A stretch of 63,737 bases of DNA, filler included, from Lama guanicoe (taxonomy: Eukaryota), in NCBI GenBank assembly GCA_013239625.1. It is 210 parts of 210 records of this genome, joined end to end, with 100 filler letters (N's around TTAATTAATTAA, not from the genome) between each part and the next. Parts side by side here need not be neighbours in the genome. Positions count along the whole stretch, not along the records: positions 25,536 to 25,737 come from PNXV01032570.1; positions 25,838 to 26,041 come from PNXV01032571.1; positions 26,142 to 26,345 come from PNXV01032572.1; positions 26,446 to 26,649 come from PNXV01032573.1; positions 26,750 to 26,953 come from PNXV01032574.1; positions 27,054 to 27,257 come from PNXV01032575.1; positions 27,358 to 27,561 come from PNXV01032576.1; positions 27,662 to 27,865 come from PNXV01032577.1; 202 more parts are not named here. The stretch is one strand, 5' to 3'. The translations under genes were made by a program, and so were the position numbers. Shown in pieces: positions 25,536-37,277 of the stretch (position 1 is the stretch's first letter; every line of letters begins with the position of its first letter). Under the pieces are notes generated by a model that saw only the letters and a list, made by a program, of their open reading frames with translations, was not told the DNA's origin and did no database searches.

Positions 25536-25737
25536 ACAAGTTAATTTCAGGGTATGGGTAAAGTCTGGGTTAGGGTACAAGTTACGTTATGCATTAGGGA
25601 ACAGCATAGGGTTAGGGCTAGGGCTAGAACTAGAGCAAGGAACAGGGATAGACTCAGGGTTAGACTCAGGGTTAGGGTTAGGGTTAGCCTCAGGGTGAGA
25701 CTCAGGGTTAGGGTTAGGGTTAGGGTTAGGGTTAGGG
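25536..25737 (+). repeat. Telomeric-type repeat: degenerate hexamers grading into perfect (TTAGGG)5 at 25708-25737
   Basis: TTAGGG, CTAGGG, TCAGGG and TTAGAC variants in 6-bp register; the contig ends within the perfect array. Confidence 0.95.
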
Positions 25738-26445
25738 NNNNNNNNNNNNNNNNNNNNNNNNNNNNNNNNNNNNNNNNNNNNTTAATTAATTAANNNNNNN
25801 NNNNNNNNNNNNNNNNNNNNNNNNNNNNNNNNNNNNNGACTGCACCTGGGCCTCCGTGCCCTCTGGTTTCAGGTTACGAGGAGACACGCGCAGGAAATCG
25901 AGGGGAGGGAGGGCCTGGGGGTGTGTTCCGTCAGCTCCCTCGTGGGTCACGGGTCGGCTGAGGGTCTGTCCCTCCATCGACGGCCACAGCGTCTGTTGCT
26001 GACCTGCCTTCACCCAGAGCCACAGCTCCTCCTGGGGTTTGNNNNNNNNNNNNNNNNNNNNNNNNNNNNNNNNNNNNNNNNNNNNTTAATTAATTAANNN
26101 NNNNNNNNNNNNNNNNNNNNNNNNNNNNNNNNNNNNNNNNNTTACTCAGTTTCACACAAAGCCACAGAGAGGCAGAGCTGAGTGCCACAGCCCCTAAGCA
26201 AAGTAATCTCCCAAAGCTGGTAAATTTTCTTCTGGAAAAAAAGACTCACATTTCTCATCATGAGCCACAGCTCTCTGCTGTTACTGGGGACTTGGCGCGG
26301 AGAGGAAGGGCCCTCCCTAAATGTCTACTTGTCTCACACCTGGACNNNNNNNNNNNNNNNNNNNNNNNNNNNNNNNNNNNNNNNNNNNNTTAATTAATTA
26401 ANNNNNNNNNNNNNNNNNNNNNNNNNNNNNNNNNNNNNNNNNNNN

Positions 26446-26649
26446 CTAACCAGTCAACTGGATTTCTGTGCCTCCAACATGCTGAATCATTATTATTGTG
26501 ACTATGGACCTCTCAAAGAAATATCCTGCTCAGACACACGACTCCTGGAACTGGCTGACTTTATCTTAGCAGTTGTGACCTTGGTGGTCACCCTGGTGAC
26601 GGTGATTCTCTCCTACGCAAACATCATCTGGACCGTTCTGAAGATCCCC
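26446..26649 (+). CDS. Olfactory receptor fragment (ECL2-TM5), family 6C, OR6C4-like
   Basis: Open over the whole contig: [68 protein letters not shown], carrying the OR motifs FC.SN..H..CD..PL...SCSDT and SY..I..T.L.IP. Confidence 0.93.
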
Positions 26650-28269
26650 NNNNNNNNNNNNNNNNNNNNNNNNNNNNNNNNNNNNNNNNNNNNTTAATTA
26701 ATTAANNNNNNNNNNNNNNNNNNNNNNNNNNNNNNNNNNNNNNNNNNNNATCTCAAATTCCCCGTCTGTCCCTTTCCATCCCCCACTGCCCCTGGCAACC
26801 ACATGTTTGCATTCTATGTCTGTGAGCACCAAATCCACAAAGAGCCAATACATACCGTATTCATAGATATTTAGAGCTTATAAGTGGGATCATTTCATTC
26901 AGGTCAGTCATCTCATCATTCTAAGGTCATAAATATCTTCTATATTGAGAGACNNNNNNNNNNNNNNNNNNNNNNNNNNNNNNNNNNNNNNNNNNNNTTA
27001 ATTAATTAANNNNNNNNNNNNNNNNNNNNNNNNNNNNNNNNNNNNNNNNNNNNTCTTTTTTGTTTATTGACTTTTTAAAGTGAAATGTTAAATTCCTCAC
27101 TCATTTCTTTTGTGTATATTCTACAGCTTTGTCCTTGTGGGGATTACATTTAACATCCTAAAGTTCTAACATTCTAATCTAAATTTATATCAGCTTAACT
27201 TAATAACGTACAAAAACTCTGCTCTCCTTTACAGCTTTGTCCCCACCCATTTGGTTGNNNNNNNNNNNNNNNNNNNNNNNNNNNNNNNNNNNNNNNNNNN
27301 NTTAATTAATTAANNNNNNNNNNNNNNNNNNNNNNNNNNNNNNNNNNNNNNNNNNNNCTTGGTAATACAGGAGCCAGCTGAGAAAGCAAGCAGTGAAACA
27401 TTCAAATTCCATCAGCTGGCAGTTTGACTCATCATCATGCAGTGGGAACCAGAATGAGGAGTAGGACATAAAAGTCCTGGTGCTTACCACGTGCCAGACT
27501 ATTGTCTCACTATGCACTCAATAATTCTGTGAGGTAGAAACATGCCCTTATCTTTACAGTCNNNNNNNNNNNNNNNNNNNNNNNNNNNNNNNNNNNNNNN
27601 NNNNNTTAATTAATTAANNNNNNNNNNNNNNNNNNNNNNNNNNNNNNNNNNNNNNNNNNNNCACTCCCCTGCCCTCCGACTCTCCTTGGACTGAACTCCC
27701 TGCTCTGGGAAGAGAGCAGCTGTGGTCAGTGAGCAGAACGGGGGTCCACCCTGGATATAAGACAGCACCGCCTCCCGAGCCCAGAGACAGGGCCTGACCT
27801 GACCCTCCACGTTCGAGCGGAAACACGACCCCACGTGCATGCGAACCACACGCAGGGCTCAGGGCNNNNNNNNNNNNNNNNNNNNNNNNNNNNNNNNNNN
27901 NNNNNNNNNTTAATTAATTAANNNNNNNNNNNNNNNNNNNNNNNNNNNNNNNNNNNNNNNNNNNNAATTTTGGTTTCTTCTCCCCATCCACCCACCTCCC
28001 CATCCCAAGGCCTCATGTCACCTTTATGGAACTCATTCTCCCCTCAAAGAGTTTTTGATGGTCAATTTGACGTGTCCATTTGGATTTAAGAATACGTAGT
28101 TAGACACAGACACAATAAAGCTTAGAGAACACATGTGATCACTTTGGATTATAGTTTGGCATCAATCTANNNNNNNNNNNNNNNNNNNNNNNNNNNNNNN
28201 NNNNNNNNNNNNNTTAATTAATTAANNNNNNNNNNNNNNNNNNNNNNNNNNNNNNNNNNNNNNNNNNNN

Positions 28270-28473
28270 GTGGTTGTCCAGTGCTCCCAACACCATTCAC
28301 TGAAGACACTATCCTTTTCTCATTGAATATTTTTGGCTCCCTTTTCAAAAATTAATTGACCACATATGTAAGGGTTTATTTCTGGGCTTCCGGGTTCATT
28401 GGTCAATGTGTACATTTTTAAATGTCTGTCCCATACTGTTCTCATTACTACAGCTTTGTAAAAGAATTTGAAA
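28270..28473 (-). mobile_element. LINE-1 ORF2 fragment
   Basis: TCCCAACACCATTCACTGAAGACACTATCCTTT...GGGTTTATTTCTGGGCTT...ATTACTACAGCTTTGTA is antisense ORF2. Confidence 0.8.
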
Positions 28474-31400
28474 NNNNNNNNNNNNNNNNNNNNNNNNNNN
28501 NNNNNNNNNNNNNNNNNTTAATTAATTAANNNNNNNNNNNNNNNNNNNNNNNNNNNNNNNNNNNNNNNNNNNNTCATCCTTATTGGTAAGTTGTAGATTG
28601 GCCCCAAGATTGGAGGCAAATTGACAGACTAGTTGCAGGGGGTGTTAAAATCCCTGGGGACACTGTTATCTGTCCAAACTGATCAATCACAGCTGTTATT
28701 TACCTGTGTGCTCTTTTTCAAATGCACAATATATTGTGATGCGTAAAATCTGTGATCATTTTACCGCGTTACTGAATNNNNNNNNNNNNNNNNNNNNNNN
28801 NNNNNNNNNNNNNNNNNNNNNTTAATTAATTAANNNNNNNNNNNNNNNNNNNNNNNNNNNNNNNNNNNNNNNNNNNNAGAATGTTTCCTCAACATTTACC
28901 AAGAGGTAACTTAAGAATGCAGCAAGAATACCATGTGTTTCCTTTAAAAAATATAAAACAAAATCCTCAAAGTCTGGTGCTCAAAGTCTGCTGCCACTGT
29001 ACTAATAACACATTTCTATCTATTTTCACACAGAATCAATAAATCACTGTGGGGCTTAGATCTGTGGGCATGCACAAGACTNNNNNNNNNNNNNNNNNNN
29101 NNNNNNNNNNNNNNNNNNNNNNNNNTTAATTAATTAANNNNNNNNNNNNNNNNNNNNNNNNNNNNNNNNNNNNNNNNNNNNTGTGGGACAGTGAAGGATT
29201 TTCAATTATATTCTGACGATTCTGAAAATTTAAAAGACAATTTTCTTAACAGTATGAATAATATGAACTACTCCTTTTAGAAAAACAGAAGTGAATAAAT
29301 GTGCCTGAAAAACCATAGAAGGTACTCCTAACACCTGTCACTTCAAATGATCAAAGTGTCAATGGGGATTTCCTGTTCTCTACTGNNNNNNNNNNNNNNN
29401 NNNNNNNNNNNNNNNNNNNNNNNNNNNNNTTAATTAATTAANNNNNNNNNNNNNNNNNNNNNNNNNNNNNNNNNNNNNNNNNNNNAAACAAGGTCCTGGT
29501 TGTGAATCATAAACTATTTAGGGTCTGGGTAACCTGGAGTTAGAGGAGGATCTGCTGACGGCATTTAGGTCTTCCTTCTGTGCTGATATTGAAGGAGTAG
29601 GAAACAAAATATCAAACTGGCTTCACGGCCATTACGCTCTCCTCTGCCTAGACAGTCTTTACTGAGAATAGCTTTACCCCAGAGGCCACNNNNNNNNNNN
29701 NNNNNNNNNNNNNNNNNNNNNNNNNNNNNNNNNTTAATTAATTAANNNNNNNNNNNNNNNNNNNNNNNNNNNNNNNNNNNNNNNNNNNNGCTGGGGAGCT
29801 GTCCTCTGCTCCTGCTGCAGTGGCCGTGCTTGGTGGGCGTCCCAGCACAGGGCTGTGTGGGGCTCCCCTGCTGCCACTAATAGTCAGCAGTCTGCAGAGA
29901 GACCTGGAATGTTCTCTGGGTGGGAATGCTGCCACATTTAAAACTCATTCCTCAAGTGGATAGCAGAGAGTTAGCATCTGAGAGCGTGAGAAANNNNNNN
30001 NNNNNNNNNNNNNNNNNNNNNNNNNNNNNNNNNNNNNTTAATTAATTAANNNNNNNNNNNNNNNNNNNNNNNNNNNNNNNNNNNNNNNNNNNNGGTTCCT
30101 TCCCCCTTTACCACAGCCTGAAAATTCTTTCAAGGCCATAAAGTGAGGCAATTATAGGGCTTTTCTCATTTTTTTCTTATCCCTCAAGGATCACTACCTT
30201 TTGTTGCTTGAGGTCCAGTGCTTGAAAAATCATAGCTTCATATACTTTTTGGTTGTTTTAGTTAGGAAGGTAAATCCAGCATCTGACCAGAAACAGANNN
30301 NNNNNNNNNNNNNNNNNNNNNNNNNNNNNNNNNNNNNNNNNTTAATTAATTAANNNNNNNNNNNNNNNNNNNNNNNNNNNNNNNNNNNNNNNNNNNNAGG
30401 GCCTCAGAGAAGGAGGGCCAGGCCAGCAGATGGCTGGGTGCGCACCTGGCACGGGGGACCTCTGGCAGCTCCCACAGCATCTGAATTGTGGCTTCCTCTG
30501 TGCTGGGCTCCCTTGAGCTGGCTCCCCCTCTGCCCTTAGCAGTGTGGGGCCTATAAGGGGCCACCAAGCACCCTGGGGTCATACTCTGCTGGGGTCAAAC
30601 TNNNNNNNNNNNNNNNNNNNNNNNNNNNNNNNNNNNNNNNNNNNNTTAATTAATTAANNNNNNNNNNNNNNNNNNNNNNNNNNNNNNNNNNNNNNNNNNN
30701 NCAGGCTGGAGCAGTGTGGCCCTCCGTTTGGTTATTAATCACTAACCCAGTGCAACCTCCTGATTCAGTTGATAGAAAACAATATTAATTGCAAGTTCAC
30801 TCAGTTTCCATATGTACCTAAATCTAACCATTTCTCTAGGTCATAAACTGGATGAGCAAGGAGTTTTAGTTGTTCAGTGAACAAAATTATCCTTTATTAT
30901 TGAAANNNNNNNNNNNNNNNNNNNNNNNNNNNNNNNNNNNNNNNNNNNNTTAATTAATTAANNNNNNNNNNNNNNNNNNNNNNNNNNNNNNNNNNNNNNN
31001 NNNNNTTTCTGCTCTGGGTTAACCATGTGGATCCCACGGGCCTCCGCGTGTCAATGCCGTCTCTGCATACCGAAGAGGAAGGTAGCAGATACGGGGAAAT
31101 GATACAGGAAAGGTCGAACGTCTGAGCACAGCCCAGGAGGCAGGAATCAAACAGTCAATGCAGGAAGAGGGAAACAAGAAGAACTGTAGATTGCATTTAC
31201 AAGTTACGANNNNNNNNNNNNNNNNNNNNNNNNNNNNNNNNNNNNNNNNNNNNTTAATTAATTAANNNNNNNNNNNNNNNNNNNNNNNNNNNNNNNNNNN
31301 NNNNNNNNNAAGAGGTATCTTAACAGACAAATGGAGTTCAAGTGGATATAAATTCAAACGTTCTTGCTACCGACTATGAACAAATTCACCGTCACTGTGC

Positions 31401-31917
31401 TGGTATTTTGATTACTCTAAATCCAAACTTACACTTTGCCTTTATTTCTAGATACCAGAAATCTTATCTTCTTTCTCATCTAGGCAAAACCTATCCATTA
31501 AAACTACTACCTTNNNNNNNNNNNNNNNNNNNNNNNNNNNNNNNNNNNNNNNNNNNNTTAATTAATTAANNNNNNNNNNNNNNNNNNNNNNNNNNNNNNN
31601 NNNNNNNNNNNNNCGCCTGTTTGGTACCCAGGAAGCTGACCTCACCTCAACCCCCTTGCCCCTCAGGTGTGGGCTGATTATGGGAAGCACCTGCCATGTG
31701 ATAAGGGGCCTGTAGGGAGTCTGGCCACAACTGCATCCCGCTACAGCTACGGAGCTGGGGGGCTGGTAGGGGGAGTTCCAAGACTCGGACCCTCACAGGC
31801 CTCTGGAAGCACCTTTCNNNNNNNNNNNNNNNNNNNNNNNNNNNNNNNNNNNNNNNNNNNNTTAATTAATTAANNNNNNNNNNNNNNNNNNNNNNNNNNN
31901 NNNNNNNNNNNNNNNNN

Positions 31918-32121
31918 ATGAATCAGAAATGAGAGGCGATATTATAACTGATGCAGCAGAAATACAACAGCTTATACGAGGTGACTATCAACAAATACAC
32001 ACAAACAACTCGGATATGCTGGAAAAAATACACTCCTAGAAATATAAAAACTACCAAAACTGACTAATAAAAAAAACAGAAAATCTGAACAAACCAATGA
32101 TGAATGAAAAGATTGTATCAG
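31918..32121 (+). mobile_element. LINE-1 ORF2 fragment
   Basis: IRNERGDIITDAAEIQQLIRGDYQQ...LEI..LPKL...ENLNKP matches the L1 ORF2 linker region. Confidence 0.85.
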
Positions 32122-34655
32122 NNNNNNNNNNNNNNNNNNNNNNNNNNNNNNNNNNNNNNNNNNNNTTAATTAATTAANNNNNNNNNNNNNNNNNNNNNNN
32201 NNNNNNNNNNNNNNNNNNNNNAATGAGAGATTTTTTTATGTCTATAATATCTAATTGAGACACAAAGCTCAGAAGCCATTAAATAAAGAGCTTATAGTCA
32301 TACATTAGTAAGTTATAAATGCAATAATCAATATAAGCAATTAAAATTTAAGTGATTAACTGGAAAAAAAAGCCACTCATTTTCCAAAAACCTTACTTTA
32401 ATCCTAAAATGTAAATATTAAAAAGNNNNNNNNNNNNNNNNNNNNNNNNNNNNNNNNNNNNNNNNNNNNTTAATTAATTAANNNNNNNNNNNNNNNNNNN
32501 NNNNNNNNNNNNNNNNNNNNNNNNNGGCAAGGGACTTTCCAACTGATGGACTGAGGACTCCCCAAAGCCAGAAGTAAAATTTCTTCCTCTAGAACATCTG
32601 TTCAGACCTCACGCCCACCCTGAAACAAGCACAGTCCTAGCGGCAGAAGCAGCTGACATTTGTGGAGCGATGACACTGCAGCAGGGACTGGGCAGGTGGG
32701 AGAGTCATTCACTCTTTCACCGAACCCACNNNNNNNNNNNNNNNNNNNNNNNNNNNNNNNNNNNNNNNNNNNNTTAATTAATTAANNNNNNNNNNNNNNN
32801 NNNNNNNNNNNNNNNNNNNNNNNNNNNNNGCAATAGGAATAATCATATTGTGGATTCGCACAGTAACTACAGGGAAAAGGGCTCAAAAAATTCATGTGAG
32901 ACTTGAGGTGACCACCCTGAAAGGATGATGCTTTGGACAAGAAAAGGGTAAAAAAAAAAAAAGGAAGGGGGCCCTTTGAAGAGCACCTGGTAAAGGGAGA
33001 AAAAAGAAGGGAAAATAAAAGATCTCATAGGATNNNNNNNNNNNNNNNNNNNNNNNNNNNNNNNNNNNNNNNNNNNNTTAATTAATTAANNNNNNNNNNN
33101 NNNNNNNNNNNNNNNNNNNNNNNNNNNNNNNNNCCCCCCCCCATTCCAGTCTCTTTCAACTGAGACACCAGGTACAGGTACCTGTTACACACCACAAATA
33201 AATCTCAGGATTATCAACCAATATGGAAGATCCAAGAACCAGAAAAGACTCAGCCGTATTCATGTGGTCTCTCCAAGGAAGTAGATGGTGTGAACGAAAA
33301 CACTGCAATGTGAGTGAAAATACTGCAACCATATCAGNNNNNNNNNNNNNNNNNNNNNNNNNNNNNNNNNNNNNNNNNNNNTTAATTAATTAANNNNNNN
33401 NNNNNNNNNNNNNNNNNNNNNNNNNNNNNNNNNNNNNGTGAGGATGGAGTCCTTCCTCACTCCTTTCTTTTTCCTTGCTTGTCTTAGCGTGTTTGGGCTC
33501 CTATAACAAAATGCTATAAACTCAGTGGTTTATAAAGAATGGAAATGTATTTCTCAAAATTCTAGAGGCTAGGGAATCAAAGACGAAGTCAGTGGCAGAT
33601 TTCATGTCTGCTGAGAGCCTGCTTCCTGGTTTCCACATGGCNNNNNNNNNNNNNNNNNNNNNNNNNNNNNNNNNNNNNNNNNNNNTTAATTAATTAANNN
33701 NNNNNNNNNNNNNNNNNNNNNNNNNNNNNNNNNNNNNNNNNAAATAACATTGGAAGGACGACTTCTGAAGTGAGTTTGTCTAAAGAGGCCAAGCACCCAA
33801 AGAGAAAGGGCCTGTCATACACCTCCTGTTAATCTGAAGAGCTGGAGGTAAGCAGCAGAAACATTAAAATCAGGTGTTTTGCCATGAGTGATTAAACAAA
33901 ACAGGGTGCATCAAACAAGACAGGGTGTATCAGAGCACAGCGCCCNNNNNNNNNNNNNNNNNNNNNNNNNNNNNNNNNNNNNNNNNNNNTTAATTAATTA
34001 ANNNNNNNNNNNNNNNNNNNNNNNNNNNNNNNNNNNNNNNNNNNNCATGATTCCCATTTATTGATGAGGGAGTGACATTCACAAAGGGTGAGTGACTTAT
34101 CAACATTACGCAACCAGGAGGTGGCCGTACCGGGTACCAGATGCCCTGGCATTCAGTGCTGGTCACCAATCCTGCAACGATCCAGCCTCTTCCTCAGGGA
34201 CCCCATCACCTCCTGGTTCCTCAAGCTATAAATGAGGGGGTTGAGCATANNNNNNNNNNNNNNNNNNNNNNNNNNNNNNNNNNNNNNNNNNNNTTAATTA
34301 ATTAANNNNNNNNNNNNNNNNNNNNNNNNNNNNNNNNNNNNNNNNNNNNCAACACCAGTTAATTCCTCTTGGCCTCAGTTTCCCCACTTATAAAATGGAG
34401 ATAATGCCCACCACCCAGAATAAAATGAGGTTTTATGAGATTATGTATGCAAAACACCTAGCACAGTGCTGAGTAAAAAACACAAAGATGATCACAACAC
34501 TTTGGAGCAAAAATAATACAGATCTCAACCATTTAGATTTTCCTGGGCTTCCANNNNNNNNNNNNNNNNNNNNNNNNNNNNNNNNNNNNNNNNNNNNTTA
34601 ATTAATTAANNNNNNNNNNNNNNNNNNNNNNNNNNNNNNNNNNNNNNNNNNNNGG

Positions 34656-34695
<40 letters not shown>

Positions 34696-34957
34696 AAGAA
34701 AAAATGTCCATTAGGAATAATTAATAATTGCTAAATAATGGTTTCACAAATTTCTTAAAGCTAATAATGTTCCAACATCTCTATCACTCACAGCCAATGA
34801 ATATAGGTAACAATTGTGTTCTAGTTCAAAGTATCTATGGCCATTGTTAACGTCTTTNNNNNNNNNNNNNNNNNNNNNNNNNNNNNNNNNNNNNNNNNNN
34901 NTTAATTAATTAANNNNNNNNNNNNNNNNNNNNNNNNNNNNNNNNNNNNNNNNNNNN

Positions 34958-35161
34958 GTTAGAAACAAAATGATTCTTTTCATTGGGAAATTACAATTCG
35001 TATATACATATATATGGGGAGGGTCTAACTTCAACTCTGTTTTACAGTGAAAATAGTAGGATTTTCAATCCGACCCTAGGAAACAGACAAAGATTTGAGT
35101 AATCCTGTCCCATTTAAACCTCTCCCTTTGTGCTTGATGAATGAAAGTCTCTCCATATGCT
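34958..35161 (+). repeat. ~248-bp satellite family, copy spanning the end-to-start junction of copy 1
   Basis: TATATATGGGG...TTTTACAGTGAAAA...CTAGGAAACAGAC (end of the 5473 contig), then 44 bp, then CTTGATGAATGAAAGTCTCTCCATATGCT (start of the 5473 contig). Confidence 0.85.
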
Positions 35162-37156
35162 NNNNNNNNNNNNNNNNNNNNNNNNNNNNNNNNNNNNNNN
35201 NNNNNTTAATTAATTAANNNNNNNNNNNNNNNNNNNNNNNNNNNNNNNNNNNNNNNNNNNNTATATATAGCAGTTAGTATAATTAAATCTCTAGGTCTCC
35301 ATCTTTTGGCAAGCCTGTGCACCTGGGCCATGGATTTCTTGTCCCCTCCCTGCTTAGGTGGGATGGAATGGCGAGAAGGGGGCTAAGGTTGGGTATTTTC
35401 CTTCCTCAGGTAGATTAGGCTCTCCCCAAACCCCAGCGGGTTAGGCTCTGATAAGAGAGTTTCTCNNNNNNNNNNNNNNNNNNNNNNNNNNNNNNNNNNN
35501 NNNNNNNNNTTAATTAATTAANNNNNNNNNNNNNNNNNNNNNNNNNNNNNNNNNNNNNNNNNNNNCCCGTGGCTTCACATACTTATTTGATATTATCAAT
35601 CTTTTTCAATCAATATCAATTGATACTATCAATCAATATTTGATATTATCAATCTTTTTCATTTTAGCCATCCTAGGAGGTGTGCTGTGGTATCGCATTA
35701 GGGCTTTAATTTGCATACCCCTGACTACTAATGACACTGAGCACCCTTTTAAGCATATGGTTACTGGGGNNNNNNNNNNNNNNNNNNNNNNNNNNNNNNN
35801 NNNNNNNNNNNNNTTAATTAATTAANNNNNNNNNNNNNNNNNNNNNNNNNNNNNNNNNNNNNNNNNNNNGGGCTGGCCCACATTCCAGGAAGGGACCCCC
35901 GTGCTGAACAGCAGTCACTGAGGACATGCCCCGACAGAAACCGTGTCCCACCAGGTGAGACGCTGGGAGGCAATCCCACGCTGGCCCAACAGTAACGCAC
36001 GGCTTCTGTAGGAAGGGGACAATCGGGCTGGGAGAGAGAGACAGCAGCACACAAGGTGACACTCTATGATCATNNNNNNNNNNNNNNNNNNNNNNNNNNN
36101 NNNNNNNNNNNNNNNNNTTAATTAATTAANNNNNNNNNNNNNNNNNNNNNNNNNNNNNNNNNNNNNNNNNNNNGGGCTGGCCCACATTCCAGGAAGGGAC
36201 CCCCGTGCTGAACAGCAGTCACAGAGGACAGATACCCCGACAGAAACTGCGTCCCACCAGGTGAGGACGTTGGGAGGCAATCCCACGCTGGAACAGTAAC
36301 GCACGGCTTCTGTAGGAAGGGGACAACTGGGCTGGGAGAGAGAGACAGCAGCACACAAGGTGACACTCTATGATCATNNNNNNNNNNNNNNNNNNNNNNN
36401 NNNNNNNNNNNNNNNNNNNNNTTAATTAATTAANNNNNNNNNNNNNNNNNNNNNNNNNNNNNNNNNNNNNNNNNNNNTTGCGTGGAGCTAGGTGTTGTTG
36501 CTAATACCCAAGCAAGATGTCAACCTCCAGGAAAGCTCATGAACACTCTGTGAATTTCCACCACCAGTTTTTATGTCCCCAGGATGAGCCACAGCCAACC
36601 CCTACCTCCCCAGGAGAACTTCCAAAACCAGGAGGCAGGCCTGGCCCAGGTTCCTATGAAATCACTGCCTCTGCCCTTGGANNNNNNNNNNNNNNNNNNN
36701 NNNNNNNNNNNNNNNNNNNNNNNNNTTAATTAATTAANNNNNNNNNNNNNNNNNNNNNNNNNNNNNNNNNNNNNNNNNNNNCTAGATGGTGCCTGAAGCA
36801 TCCATAAACGCCAGTCAGGTGGTCAAGAAATTACTTAAGAACATGATCATTTCAGTGCCCAGCAGTGCCCTGAATGTAAGCCAGCACCACACTGTGTCAG
36901 GGTTGGTCTGTGGCACCAACAGCATAAGGCAGACCGAACAGCGTGTCATTTCCAAGGCCAGGTCCTAAAAGGTCCTGTGGCTTTGNNNNNNNNNNNNNNN
37001 NNNNNNNNNNNNNNNNNNNNNNNNNNNNNTTAATTAATTAANNNNNNNNNNNNNNNNNNNNNNNNNNNNNNNNNNNNNNNNNNNNATTTCCCATTTTACT
37101 GCTAAATTTGATTTAATTCTCTTTTAACAGCAAACTGGTTAATTAAATGACCAAAC

Positions 37157-37277
37157 ATGTGTGTATATATATATAATATATATTTTATATATATATTATA
37201 TATATTATATATATATTTTATAGATATATTATATATATATTATATATATATACATACATATATACACACACATACAC
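37157..37277. repeat. (TA)n simple repeat
   Basis: Degenerate TA run; explains the spurious I/Y-rich ORF. Confidence 0.9.

Noticed and set aside
25554..25793. Arg/Val-rich ORF (RVRVRV...)
   Set aside because: It is the translation of TTAGGG repeats.
27662..27865. Minus-strand ACTGACCACAGCTG with upstream TTATATC, faintly like the rDNA Pol I initiator
   Set aside because: The match is short and gapped, the spacing differs from the known core promoter, and no other rDNA sequence supports it.
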